Notes under the pieces: model-generated | What the model was told of the DNA's origin: nothing | The model's input: the letters and a program-made list of their open reading frames with translations, nothing else | Databases searched by the model: none | Source of the DNA: Vulcanimicrobiota bacterium | GTDB lineage: Bacteria > Vulcanimicrobiota > Vulcanimicrobiia > Vulcanimicrobiales > Vulcanimicrobiaceae | Assembly (NCBI GenBank): GCA_963695225.1 | Contig: OY968762.1 | Span: forward strand, 1,856,001-1,920,000 | Direction: 5' to 3' | Length of the DNA: 64,000 nucleotides | Shown: piece by piece, positions 9,801-18,540 of the stretch | Numbering within the stretch: the stretch's first letter is position 1 | How the letters are laid out: the number at the start of each line of letters is the position of its first letter | Position numbers and translations under genes: made by a program

Positions 9801-11290
9801 CGTTGATCCAGAACGTGCGCCTGCTCGACGTCTATCCGTACGGTTGCGTCGAGCAGACGATGTCGGCCGCGTTGCCGGCCGTCTTCGTGCAGCGCGTCGT
9901 CGAGCGCGCGAAGATCGCCGCGCCGGGCGACCTCAAACCTGCCGAGATCGTCCGCAAGGCGCTCCGGCGCCTCGCCGAACTGCAACATCCCGACGGCTCG
10001 TGGGGCTGGTGGGAGCACGATGCCGCGCATCCGTTCATGACCGCCTACGCGCTCTACGGCCTCGCTGAGATGCGCAAGAGCGGCTACGCGCCGGATCCCG
10101 GAATGACCGAGCGCGGCGTGGCCAGCCTCATCGCGCAGCTCGCCGCGTCGAACGACGATACGCTCGGGCTCTGGGGCGGCCGCCAACCCGGCTCGCAGTG
10201 GAACACGCGCGCGTTCATGCTCTTCGCGCTCGCCGACGTCGCGCCCGAACGCGTCGACCGCGCGTTGCTCGCGCAGACCGACGCGCAGGCGAGCGGCCTC
10301 AACTCGTACGCGCTCGCGACGCTCGGCCTCGCGCACGTCACGCTCGGCGACCGCGCCGGTGCGGAGCGCCTCCTATCCATGCTCGAAGCGCGCGCGAACG
10401 ACTCCGGCTCGTACGTCTGGTGGCGCGGCGAATCGTGGCATTACCGTTGGCAAGACGATCCCGTCGAAACGACCGCATACGCGTTGCGCTTGGAAGCCGC
10501 GGTGCACCCGAACTCCACGCGCGCGCAACGCGCGATCAATTGGTTGCGCGCCAAGCAGCGCGGATCGTGGTGGTACACGACGAAGGACACGGCCGCTGCC
10601 GTCTACGCGATCTCCGAAGCGATCGTCCTCGATCCGGCCGAGTTCGCGCCGAACGAAACCGTTCGCGTGCGCCTCGGCGACCGCGTCGTCAAGGAAGTTA
10701 CGATCTCGCGACCCGTCCTCGACGCCGCGGACGCGACGCTGACGATCCCCGCGGAGCTGCTCGCTTCGGGCGGAGCCGTGACGCTCGAGCGCAGCGGGTC
10801 GGGAAGCCTCTATTGGTCCTCGGATTGGACGCGCTACGCGCCGCCAAATCGGACGCGCATCGCCGATCTCGACGACGCCTCGTTGCGCGATCTCGGCGCT
10901 CCGAGCGAGAACGGCTTCACGATCGCGCGCACGTACCGCACGGCACACGACGGACCCTGGCGCGTCGGCGACGAGGTGACCGTCGACGTCGAAGTGCGCT
11001 CCGCGAGCGATGCGGAGTACGTGGCGATCGAAGATCCGTTCCCGGCCGGCCTCGAGTACCAGCCGCTGCAATACGAATCCGGCAACTCGTGGAGCGGCTT
11101 GCAATTCTTCGACGACCGCGCCGTGTTCTTCGCTACGAGCGTGTACGCGAACTATCCGCTCCATCTGCAATACCGTTTGCGCGTGACGACGCCCGGGTCG
11201 TACACGGCGGCGCCGCCGACCGCCTACGCGATGTACGGGCCGCCCCTCGCGGCAGCCGGCGCTGCAACACTCGTCACGATCGCTCGCTAG
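6851..11290 (+). CDS. Bacterial alpha-2-macroglobulin family protein with thioester motif
   Basis: Signal peptide; TDRPIYRPGQ (MG2), LRSDFRDTAYW, WPDSLTTY, PYGCVEQ thioester, LQHPDGSWGWW, IEDPFPAGLE. Confidence 0.93.
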   Translation: MGRIARLAFIVALVALAAAAAGAQVRRPWVMPWYGGPLTFTPDHRVVVPVMADRPRGVTGKLFVLDPALARRTALEARPPTAAELATLAPLRSVVSAIDTSAADGRGHRIDLGFLRAGRYALALDADSGGPASIQTIDVTTLGILAHWTGTRLVAFAVDLRTLRRRGDVTLDAGTADRRQTATFDRDGLVSLPLPTGTSTGNATLFARASDGSLAAASVWNPNVTTPAEVGFVQTDRPIYRPGQTISYRAILRSGEPGSFALGQGNRAVTLVSQTTGATLAKAERPLTEFGTVNGDLRLPDDVPLGLVQLSVGAASTTFAVEAYKKPEYVLDFASAQGTVVGGTTARYALSAAYLFGRPAGGMTVHYRAVRETIYRWWGGPWRFADFHPFPPNVPPEVLGEGTLQTDPAGRATIEIPTKPLDSEARLVLQIDARDDSGRTVGTQTTSALVPASFALTLQTPATFVRRGEPAELSLAARDYDGKPRAGVPIEVTFSRLGIGTPENEPSPQPERATVRTDEKGNAVLHWRPTDPGYYTIVANAFDEAGRRVVARGSLWVTAEGVGPAYRFDSVALAGQKESYAPGERARLLVTSPVAHVDALLLISNGRALQARSVHLEDPVTTLEVAAPLDAAQYSVTLEIPTASGSPLTATALLKVAPAPRELHVALAPGKAQYAPGERARFDVTVRDGANHPVRAEIGLAVVDEAIFALRRANALEPYDAFYRQPVQQPYPAVSWTNLNDPYPAYPVSPLLFEGVARTPAGAVHAVLKSAAPPGAAANGLDFTDLRSDFRDTAYWTPALVTGSDGRGHVEFAWPDSLTTYDANAVAVTTSTEIGSGSAKALVTKDFLIRLEAPRFLRRGDRSEAAVIAHGAPGASSAAVRFAAPALGVPDARGEIAFDALLGGTKRFDVRANDLGLALLQATATSGGLRDGMEVRLPVEAAGAAEHERAAGSLPNDTRLDLRLPPGYEPGDLRLELAPSIVASLIQNVRLLDVYPYGCVEQTMSAALPAVFVQRVVERAKIAAPGDLKPAEIVRKALRRLAELQHPDGSWGWWEHDAAHPFMTAYALYGLAEMRKSGYAPDPGMTERGVASLIAQLAASNDDTLGLWGGRQPGSQWNTRAFMLFALADVAPERVDRALLAQTDAQASGLNSYALATLGLAHVTLGDRAGAERLLSMLEARANDSGSYVWWRGESWHYRWQDDPVETTAYALRLEAAVHPNSTRAQRAINWLRAKQRGSWWYTTKDTAAAVYAISEAIVLDPAEFAPNETVRVRLGDRVVKEVTISRPVLDAADATLTIPAELLASGGAVTLERSGSGSLYWSSDWTRYAPPNRTRIADLDDASLRDLGAPSENGFTIARTYRTAHDGPWRVGDEVTVDVEVRSASDAEYVAIEDPFPAGLEYQPLQYESGNSWSGLQFFDDRAVFFATSVYANYPLHLQYRLRVTTPGSYTAAPPTAYAMYGPPLAAAGAATLVTIAR
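11213..11256 (+). repeat. Left copy of 44-bp direct repeat (inside A2M 3' end)
   Basis: ccgccgaCcgcctacgcgatgtacgggccgcccctcgcggcagc matches 18424-18467 with a single mismatch. Confidence 0.9.
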
Positions 11291-11562
11291 GACCACGCAG
11301 GCGCATACGCGAGCGACGCGCCTTCATCCCATTCGGCAATCCGTTCACGCTCGCCGGAATAGATCTACTCCACCATCGCGACGACGACCGGCTCCTATAT
11401 AATGAATAACACGGCGCACGGCGGTGCCGGAGTCACGCTTGCCGATCGAGTGGGCACGAAAAAGCTTGCGCCAGCGTTGATCCAGCGGTGACGCCGTTGA
11501 TGGTCTTGCGCGACGTTAACACAGTGTGTACGCGGGATCGGCGTCACGTTTGACGCGGAAAT

Positions 11563-11578
11563 AGTGATGCCCATCACA
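11563..11578. promoter_or_regulatory. CRP-like binding site upstream of S53 protease
   Basis: AGTGA-TGCCCA-TCACA, 9/10 match to TGTGA-N6-TCACA. Confidence 0.5.
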
Positions 11579-11668
11579 CGAGATTCAAGAGTGATATCGG
11601 TTAGTTTGTCGCTGAACCGACAAACTATCCGCTTATTCGTGCGCCAATCTTATAGAGAGGTCGCTGCC

Positions 11669-12988
11669 TTGAATTTCTATCGCTCTATTCTTGTCCTGGT
11701 CGGAAGCCTAGCTCTCGTTCATTGCAGCGCCGGCGGAAACGGCTCGACTGTCCCTGTGACGCCCGCCGCGCCCGCGCAAGATTCGTCGGCGCAAGCAGCG
11801 TCGAGACCGCTCGCAAACGCGCTCAGCAATACGGCATTCTTGCCCGCATCGGCACAACGCACGCTAAGAAGGCCGCAATGCGGCACGGCCGCAAACTCCG
11901 CAGAGGCGGCCTGCATGGCGACCTTCGTGACGTATAACTACACGAGCAACGGCATCCAAGCCGTCTATGGTCTCGCACCAAACGATCTCGCAACGCTGTA
12001 CGCCTATCCTGCGCCGGGCGCCCAAGGTTGGCTCGGCAGCGGAACGACGATCGGGCTCGTCGTGGCGTACGATCACCCGAATCTCGCATCGGACCTCGCG
12101 GCCTACCGCTCGTTCTTCGGCCTCCCCCCCTGCACGGTTGCGAACGGCTGTCTCGTCATCGTGGGCGCGGCCGCCGGGACGTCGTCCCAGACGGTCGGCA
12201 CGAACTCGATCACGGCCTTCCCGACAACTGTAAGCGCCGACTGGCAGATCGAAGCGGACATCGATTCTCAAGCTGCTTCAGCCGTTTGCCCGAACTGCAG
12301 GCTCGTGATCGCCGAAGCGGCCTCGCCGAGTCTTTCCGATCTGGCGAACGCCGTCACCGCGGCGCAGAACGCGGGCGCGCACATCCTCAGCTATAGCTTC
12401 GGCGTCGCCGAATCAACGGCCGATCTCGCCTACGAGGCGAAGTTCGAAGGCGGAAGCAACGCGTTGGCCTTCGCGGCTGCGGGCGACGCCGGGTACGGCG
12501 TCAACTTTCCGGCATCCGCAACGAACGTCGCGGCCGTGGGCGGAACGACCGTCCGCGCCGTCGTGAACAGCGCCGTCGCGGAGACCGCCTGGTCCGGGAC
12601 GTCGAGCGGCTGCAGCCAAATCTTTGCGAAACCCGCGCAACAGCATGACTACGGATGCTCCAAACGCACGATGAACGACGTCGCCGCGGTAGCCGACCCT
12701 AATACCGGCATCGCGGTCTACGACGCGGCCGTCGGGGGCTCGAACAGGGGCTGGATCATCGCCGGCGGGACCAGCGTCGCAGCGCCGATCGTCGCCGCGA
12801 TGTTCGCGCTCTCGGGCGATAACCACCTGGGCCAGGGAGCGGCACGCTTCTATAACCACACTTGGAACTTCTACAACGTCACCTCGGGTAGCAACGGCTC
12901 CTGCGGCATCAGCTACCTGTGCACGGCTCAAAACGGCTTCAACGGACCGACCGGCATCGGCACGCCGAACGGCCTCTCGGGACTCTAG
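11669..12988 (+). CDS. Secreted/lipoprotein S53 (sedolisin-like) serine peptidase
   Basis: EADID (Glu/Asp), AAAGDAG, GGTSVAAP (Ser), GPTGIGTPNG; TTG start after AGAGAGG with lipoprotein-like signal (LALVHC). Confidence 0.85.
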   Translation: MNFYRSILVLVGSLALVHCSAGGNGSTVPVTPAAPAQDSSAQAASRPLANALSNTAFLPASAQRTLRRPQCGTAANSAEAACMATFVTYNYTSNGIQAVYGLAPNDLATLYAYPAPGAQGWLGSGTTIGLVVAYDHPNLASDLAAYRSFFGLPPCTVANGCLVIVGAAAGTSSQTVGTNSITAFPTTVSADWQIEADIDSQAASAVCPNCRLVIAEAASPSLSDLANAVTAAQNAGAHILSYSFGVAESTADLAYEAKFEGGSNALAFAAAGDAGYGVNFPASATNVAAVGGTTVRAVVNSAVAETAWSGTSSGCSQIFAKPAQQHDYGCSKRTMNDVAAVADPNTGIAVYDAAVGGSNRGWIIAGGTSVAAPIVAAMFALSGDNHLGQGAARFYNHTWNFYNVTSGSNGSCGISYLCTAQNGFNGPTGIGTPNGLSGL

Positions 12989-13000
12989 TCGGAGCGCTGC

Positions 13001-15556
13001 ATGTTTCCCAATGGCGGCCCGCCTCTCTACGGCGGCGTCGATCGCCCGAGGCTAACCTCGCGCATCGCCGACGCAAGTACCTACCCCGTTGCTGTCCTCA
13101 CCGCCGAGGCCGGTATGGGGAAATCGACGGCCCTGCGCGCCTATCTCGCTGACCGTGAACCGGACGCCGTGCTCTTCGAGCTCCACGTCCGGCATGACTC
13201 GCCCGCTCGATTCGCCCGCGGACTCGCCGATGCCCTAGAACCGCGGCTCTCGACGATCGGGAACTCGCTGGCCCTCGCTCACGAGCGCTCGCTGCTCGTG
13301 GACGATCCCGCCGCGTTCCTCGGCGCGTGGCTCGCCGAGCACCTCGGCAGCCTCAGCGTTCCGATCGCGATCGACGGCCTTCACCACGCGCGTGACGGCG
13401 AGATCGGCCGGATGCTCGCCGCGGCGATCGACCGCACGCCGGGCGTCCGCTGGCTGTTGTGCGGCCGCACGCCCCGGCATCTGCCGCTCGCACTCTGGCT
13501 CGCGCACGGCACCTCTGCGCTACCGATCGACGCGCGTGCGTTCGCTCTAGCGCCGGACGAGGCGCAAGCGTTCGCGCTCCGCTATGCGCCGAACGTGCCT
13601 CCCGCGCTCGTCACTCGATTTGTCGCCGGGTCCGGCGGATCGCCGGCGACCCTACGCTACGCCCTCGCGACGGCGAACTTCTTCCCCGAGCGCGCAGAAG
13701 CGCTCGCGGCGAGCGACCTCTTCGGCGGCGCCCTCGTCGAGTGCACGCTCGACGCACTCGCGCCCGAGGAGATCGCGTTCCTCGAGCGCGCAGCGGGATT
13801 CCCCGATCTCGACCTGGAGCTTCTCAGCGCAGCGGGGCTCGCGGATGCTCGCGAGTACCTCTCGGCTCTACGCGAACGAATCCCGTTCGCCTTCGAGCAA
13901 CAGGGCGGTCATCTCCAGCTGGCCGCACACCTTTCGGCGGGCTTGCTGCGGCGGGCCGCAACGCGCAATCCCGCCTCGGCCGGCGCCGCGCGCCGCGAGC
14001 TCGGCCACGGATTCGAGCGCTCCGGGCGCATGACCGAGGCGCTCGCTACGTTCGCACAAGAACGCAGCGCGTCCGACATCCTACGCGGCGTCGCCGCGCA
14101 CGGCCTCGCTCTCGCAGAAGAAGGCCGCGGCGACGTCGTCGCCGATGCGCTCGCAGCGTTGGATCCCGCGGCGCAAATGAGCGATCCCGTCTCCGTGGCG
14201 CTCAAAGCGATGGCCGAATCGCGGCTTGGGCGCTACGAGATCGCGGAGGGCTGGTTCCAGCTGGCGATCGACCGCGCCGCCTCGCCGGACCTCCGCGCCG
14301 AGATCTCTCTCCAGCACGGCCAGCACTTGCTGCGCAGTTTCCGCCCCGAGGCCGTCGACGTGCTCGCGCCGCTCGCAGCCGACGCATCGCTAGAAGCCGA
14401 CGTGCGGACGTACGCTCTGGCCGCGCTCGGCCCTGCGCTCGTTGCGCGGGGCGAGCTCGACCGCGCTCGCAGGGCGGCAGACGAGGCGCTGCAGCGCGCG
14501 GCGCGCTCTGCAGCGAAGCGGCTCGCCGCGAAGGTGCACCATCAGGCGGCGTTCGTCGCGCTGTGCTCCGGCGAAGCCGAGCGCGCGAAGCGCCTGGCTG
14601 CTGCATCGCTCGAAGATGCGGCGCGCTACGGTTACTATGACATCGCAGCCGGGGCGCTGACCGTGCTCTACAACGTCGCCTCGGATGTCGACGATGAACC
14701 GTCCGAAGCGCTCGCGCACCTCGGATCGCTCGCCGTGTGCGCGGCGCGCTCCGGGTCCCTTGTCAGCCAGGTGGTGGCGCTACTCGGTAGTTACGAAATC
14801 GCCGTCGAGCGCGGCGATCTCGCGGCCGCCGAGCGCTACGAGAAGCGCGCTCGCGCGCTCGACGTCAAGCAGTTCGAACGGGCCGTCGCCGAAGCCCTCA
14901 TCCCGGCGCAAGCCCTGCGCTGCGCGTGGAACGGCGATTTCGCCGGAGCCTACGACGTCTCGGCGCACAGCGCGGACCTGCAATGGAGTGCCGATCGTCA
15001 AGCGCTCCGTTGGGCCGAGATCTCGCTCTACGCCGCGGCGTCCGGCGAGTACTCGGCAGAGGCGTTCGCGGCGATTGCAGCGGCGAACGGCTTCCTCGCC
15101 GGCGCCGGTCAAGCGAACGGCCGGACCCATCGCGCCCGGATCTTCCTCGCGCTCGCGCTGGCAATGCTCGGTGAGACCTCTCAGGCCGAAGCGATGTTCT
15201 CCGTAGTCGATGCGCTTGCGGCCGGGCTCTCGAAGCGCCTGCAATCGCTGCGCGCCCTCGCCGGCGCGGTTGCCCTGCGGCTTCGCGGCGAGCGCAACCA
15301 TGCGGCCCTGCTCGAAGCCGTAGCACGCATGAACGCCTGTGACTTCGGCGGGGTCGCTCGCATGATCGTTTCACTTCCGATAACCGTCTCGCCGGCGGAG
15401 CGGCTCGCGGCCCTCACCGACGACGAGCGCAGCGCCTTGCTCGAGTGGGCCCTGCGTCCGGGCCTCGAAGACACGCGCGTCTCCGCGATCCGGCGAAAGC
15501 TCGGAATCGGCGGCGGCGATAACGGACGCGCCTTCACCGCGAAGGAGCTCGTGTGA
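13001..15556 (+). CDS. MalT-like STAND NTPase/TPR protein with degenerate C-terminal LuxR HTH
   Basis: VDRPRL, Walker A AEAGMGKST, Walker B IAIDGLHH, Ala-rich helical repeats, tail LTDDER...VSAIRRKLG. Confidence 0.75.
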   Translation: MFPNGGPPLYGGVDRPRLTSRIADASTYPVAVLTAEAGMGKSTALRAYLADREPDAVLFELHVRHDSPARFARGLADALEPRLSTIGNSLALAHERSLLVDDPAAFLGAWLAEHLGSLSVPIAIDGLHHARDGEIGRMLAAAIDRTPGVRWLLCGRTPRHLPLALWLAHGTSALPIDARAFALAPDEAQAFALRYAPNVPPALVTRFVAGSGGSPATLRYALATANFFPERAEALAASDLFGGALVECTLDALAPEEIAFLERAAGFPDLDLELLSAAGLADAREYLSALRERIPFAFEQQGGHLQLAAHLSAGLLRRAATRNPASAGAARRELGHGFERSGRMTEALATFAQERSASDILRGVAAHGLALAEEGRGDVVADALAALDPAAQMSDPVSVALKAMAESRLGRYEIAEGWFQLAIDRAASPDLRAEISLQHGQHLLRSFRPEAVDVLAPLAADASLEADVRTYALAALGPALVARGELDRARRAADEALQRAARSAAKRLAAKVHHQAAFVALCSGEAERAKRLAAASLEDAARYGYYDIAAGALTVLYNVASDVDDEPSEALAHLGSLAVCAARSGSLVSQVVALLGSYEIAVERGDLAAAERYEKRARALDVKQFERAVAEALIPAQALRCAWNGDFAGAYDVSAHSADLQWSADRQALRWAEISLYAAASGEYSAEAFAAIAAANGFLAGAGQANGRTHRARIFLALALAMLGETSQAEAMFSVVDALAAGLSKRLQSLRALAGAVALRLRGERNHAALLEAVARMNACDFGGVARMIVSLPITVSPAERLAALTDDERSALLEWALRPGLEDTRVSAIRRKLGIGGGDNGRAFTAKELV

Positions 15557-16599
15557 TGGTAGTACGACCGTCCGCCTTCCCGTTGCTCGTAGACCGTGAG
15601 GAACTCGCCGCGAAGGTTGCGGGCGCAACCGGCGGCAATCAGCGGCGGACGTTCGTGATCGACGCCGTCGCGGCGGAGTTCGTCGATCGTCTGCTGGCCT
15701 CTCGCGACGCCGGATCGTACATCGAGTTGCTCACCTGGATCGATCGGACGTGCCAGGCGCATCCGACCGTGAAGGAACTCGGGCCGCTGTTCGCCGGGGC
15801 TTGCCGCATCGTGAGCGAGTTCCTCGGAACGCACGGAGGAGCGTCCCTCAGCACGGTCGGCGAGCTGCAATCGCTCGAACAATCGATCGTGAGCATCGCG
15901 TTCAAATCCCGCGTGCAGCGGACGACCGAGGACGATGAGCTCAGCAACGTCGATCGGGCGATCAAGGAGTGCCTCGAGCGCATCGAAGCCCACGATCCTT
16001 GCGCGCTCGAACACGCTCACGCCGTCTCGGCCTGGTGCAGGCGCATCGCGCGCCGGCTCTCCCTGTCCGAGAGCGAAGTGACGTACAGCGCGCGGGCAGG
16101 GCTCATCCACGATATCGGCCTCACGAGCGTCTCGCTCGCGATCGTCAACGCGCCGCGGAAGCTTACGGACGAAGAATGGGAAGCGATCCGCGCTCACACG
16201 ACGCTCGGCGAGGAGATGACGGCCGTGCGAAGGGTCTTGCGCTCGTTTTCGCCGGTAGTGCGCTCGCATCATGAACGGCTCGATGGGCGCGGCTACCCGG
16301 ACGGCCTGGCGGGCTCCCAGATCAATCTCGCAACCCGCATCGTCAGCGTCGCCGACGCGTTCAACGCCATGGTCGCGAACCGCCCGTACCGTCTCCCGAA
16401 ATCGCCCTCGGAGGCGCTCCAAGAACTGTACGACTGCCGAGGCACGCAATTCGATCCGATCGTCGTCGAGGCGATGATCGAGGTCGTATCGCAATCCGAG
16501 CGTCCGTTACCGCGAGGCCCGAGCCTAGCCGGGCGAGCGCCCCGCGCGCCGGTGCCGCGTCACGTGGCCCGCGCATTCCACTCGGGCAGCGGCTCCTGA
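15553..16599 (+). CDS. HD-GYP domain cyclic dinucleotide phosphodiesterase
   Basis: LIHDIG, RSHHERLDGRGYPDGL, RIVSVADAF, RPYR. Confidence 0.9.
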   Translation: MMVVRPSAFPLLVDREELAAKVAGATGGNQRRTFVIDAVAAEFVDRLLASRDAGSYIELLTWIDRTCQAHPTVKELGPLFAGACRIVSEFLGTHGGASLSTVGELQSLEQSIVSIAFKSRVQRTTEDDELSNVDRAIKECLERIEAHDPCALEHAHAVSAWCRRIARRLSLSESEVTYSARAGLIHDIGLTSVSLAIVNAPRKLTDEEWEAIRAHTTLGEEMTAVRRVLRSFSPVVRSHHERLDGRGYPDGLAGSQINLATRIVSVADAFNAMVANRPYRLPKSPSEALQELYDCRGTQFDPIVVEAMIEVVSQSERPLPRGPSLAGRAPRAPVPRHVARAFHSGSGS

Positions 16600-16610
16600 C
16601 GAATCCGCAG

Positions 16611-18383
16611 ATGATTCTTGAAGGCGAGCCGATCCGGCGCGACGCCGCCGAGCTGCTCTATAAGAGGGGTTCGGCTATCATCTTCATCATGCTCGTCGCC
16701 GGTGCAGTGCTCATCGTAGCAACGCCCGCGGCGTTTTCGCAGCCCCGCGCGGTGGCGCTGGCCTGGCTCGGGGCTTTGCTTCTTGTCTGCGGCGCGCGCG
16801 CGATCGACGTGCACCGCGAATACGAACGCATGCAGCGCGACATAGAAGTCGAACGTCAACGAAGCGCGGAGATCAGTTTCGAGCTCATGAAGGCGAAGGC
16901 TGCGCTGAGAGAGAGCCAGGCGAGCCTCGAAGAACGGATTAGGGCGCGCACGGCAGAACTCGAATTGCAGGCACGCGAGAAGGAAAGCTACGGCCTTGAA
17001 GTGGCCCGGCTCGCATCGCGCGATTCGCTGACCGGCCTCATCAACCGCAATACGCTGGCCGACAACTTGGGCGCCGAGCTGGAACGGGCCGAGACCCTCG
17101 ATCAATCCATTGCCGTGCTGTTCCTCGACCTCGATAAGTTCAAAGAAGTCAACGACCTGCTCGGCCACCATGCGGGCGACCGCGTCTTGCGCGAAGTCGT
17201 GAAGCGCATGAACGCCGTGGCGCCCGCCGGCTCGACCCTGGCACGCTGGGGCGGCGACGAGTTCGTTCTCCTTCATTCTCTCGACGGCGCAGCGCAGTCG
17301 GCGACGGTCCTCGGCGAGCAGCTACGCAGGAAGATCAGCGAACCCGTCAACGTCGGTGGGGAGACCGTGCACGTCGGCGCGTCGGTCGGCATCGCGATCT
17401 ATCCGGATCACGGCCGCACTGCCGACGAATTGATCAGGGCCGCCGACATGGCGATGTACGCGGCAAAGCAGGATGGACGCGACCGGGTACGGACATTCGA
17501 CCCGTCACTCGCCGACGCGCTCAGCAGCCGGCACATTCTCGAGCAGGCCCTGCGCGAGGCGGTCGAACGCGGCTCCATGCGCCTGATGTTTCAGCCCATC
17601 GTCTCCGCGGAGAGCTGGCGCTGCGAAACGCTTGAAGCGCTGCTGCGTTGGCAGCATCCGGCGCTCGGCACGATCTCTCCGAGCGTCTTCATCCCGCTCG
17701 CCGAACGGACGGGCGAGATCGTCTCGATCGGGCGTTGGGTCCTTCACGAGGCCTGCATGGCTGCAGCCTCGTGGCAAGGCGAACCCGCGCCCTCGGTCAG
17801 CGTCAACGTGTCGGTTGCCCAGGTCATCTCCGGCAGCCTGATCGACGACGTTCGTGCCGCGCTGACGGCAAGCGGCTTGGACCCCCACCGGCTGGAGCTC
17901 GAAGTCACGGAGAGCCTCTTCGCGGGCGATTTCGAGCGGACGGCGATTCCAACCCTCGAAGCGCTCCGCGCGATGGGCCTTCGTATCTCGCTCGATGACT
18001 TCGGCACGGGGTTCTCCTCGCTCGGATACCTGCGCACGCTGCCGATCGATACGATCAAGATCGACCAGTCGTTCGTCCAGCTCATGCACGGCGACACGCG
18101 GTCGATCATCGAAGCGATGCAGTCCATCGCTCGCGCGTTCGACCTCACCGTCGTCGCCGAGGGCGTCGAAACCGTCGATCAGGCCGCCGCGCTCGGAGCG
18201 ATGGGCGTACACTTCCTGCAGGGCTACTTCTTTTCGCGCCCGCTCGAAGCCGCATTCGTGCCGGGCTCCTTCACGCTCGATATCGACCACGGCGCCTCGA
18301 CGCGCGCGCTGCAACAGAACCATCGGCTCTCCGCGATTCCCGGAGGGCGGCGCGACCAGGACATCGCGGTCGCCTGCGGCTGA
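16611..18383 (+). CDS. Membrane-anchored GGDEF-EAL protein
   Basis: DSLTGLINR, DLDKFKEVND, RWGGDEF; EALLRW, DDFGTGFSSL, KIDQSF, EGVE, QGYFFSRP. Confidence 0.95.
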   Translation: MILEGEPIRRDAAELLYKRGSAIIFIMLVAGAVLIVATPAAFSQPRAVALAWLGALLLVCGARAIDVHREYERMQRDIEVERQRSAEISFELMKAKAALRESQASLEERIRARTAELELQAREKESYGLEVARLASRDSLTGLINRNTLADNLGAELERAETLDQSIAVLFLDLDKFKEVNDLLGHHAGDRVLREVVKRMNAVAPAGSTLARWGGDEFVLLHSLDGAAQSATVLGEQLRRKISEPVNVGGETVHVGASVGIAIYPDHGRTADELIRAADMAMYAAKQDGRDRVRTFDPSLADALSSRHILEQALREAVERGSMRLMFQPIVSAESWRCETLEALLRWQHPALGTISPSVFIPLAERTGEIVSIGRWVLHEACMAAASWQGEPAPSVSVNVSVAQVISGSLIDDVRAALTASGLDPHRLELEVTESLFAGDFERTAIPTLEALRAMGLRISLDDFGTGFSSLGYLRTLPIDTIKIDQSFVQLMHGDTRSIIEAMQSIARAFDLTVVAEGVETVDQAAALGAMGVHFLQGYFFSRPLEAAFVPGSFTLDIDHGASTRALQQNHRLSAIPGGRRDQDIAVACG

Positions 18384-18411
18384 GGCGCGCGCCGCCGAGC
18401 GCGCGGTCCAC

Positions 18412-18501
18412 CGCACAACGGCTCCGCCGATCGCCTACGCGATGTACGGGCCGCCCCTCGCGGCAGCGGGGCCCGCGCAGCGCGTCGAGGTCGTTCGCTG
18501 A
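18412..18501 (+). pseudogene. Second (probably displaced original) 3' end of the A2M gene, containing the right copy of the direct repeat (18424-18467)
   Basis: Translates RTTAPPIAYAMYGPPLAAAGPAQRVEVVR* versus YTAAPPTAYAMYGPPLAAAGAATLVTIAR* at the A2M end; stop codons align. Confidence 0.85.
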
Positions 18502-18540
18502 CCGAACGACGCTCTTCGAGCTTTCTCTCTCCGAAAGCGA

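Larger units (their letters stand above)
11257..18467. mobile_element. Putative integrated cassette/genomic islet without integrase, inserted in A2M 3' end
   Basis: Bounded by the 44-bp direct repeat; visibly more A/T-rich sequence and codons than the flanks, especially 11.3-13 kb. Confidence 0.65.

Noticed and set aside
11290..11668. c-di-GMP riboswitch upstream of the cassette
   Set aside because: Conserved GCAAA(C)...GACGCAAAGC core of class I not found; no class II pattern recognised.
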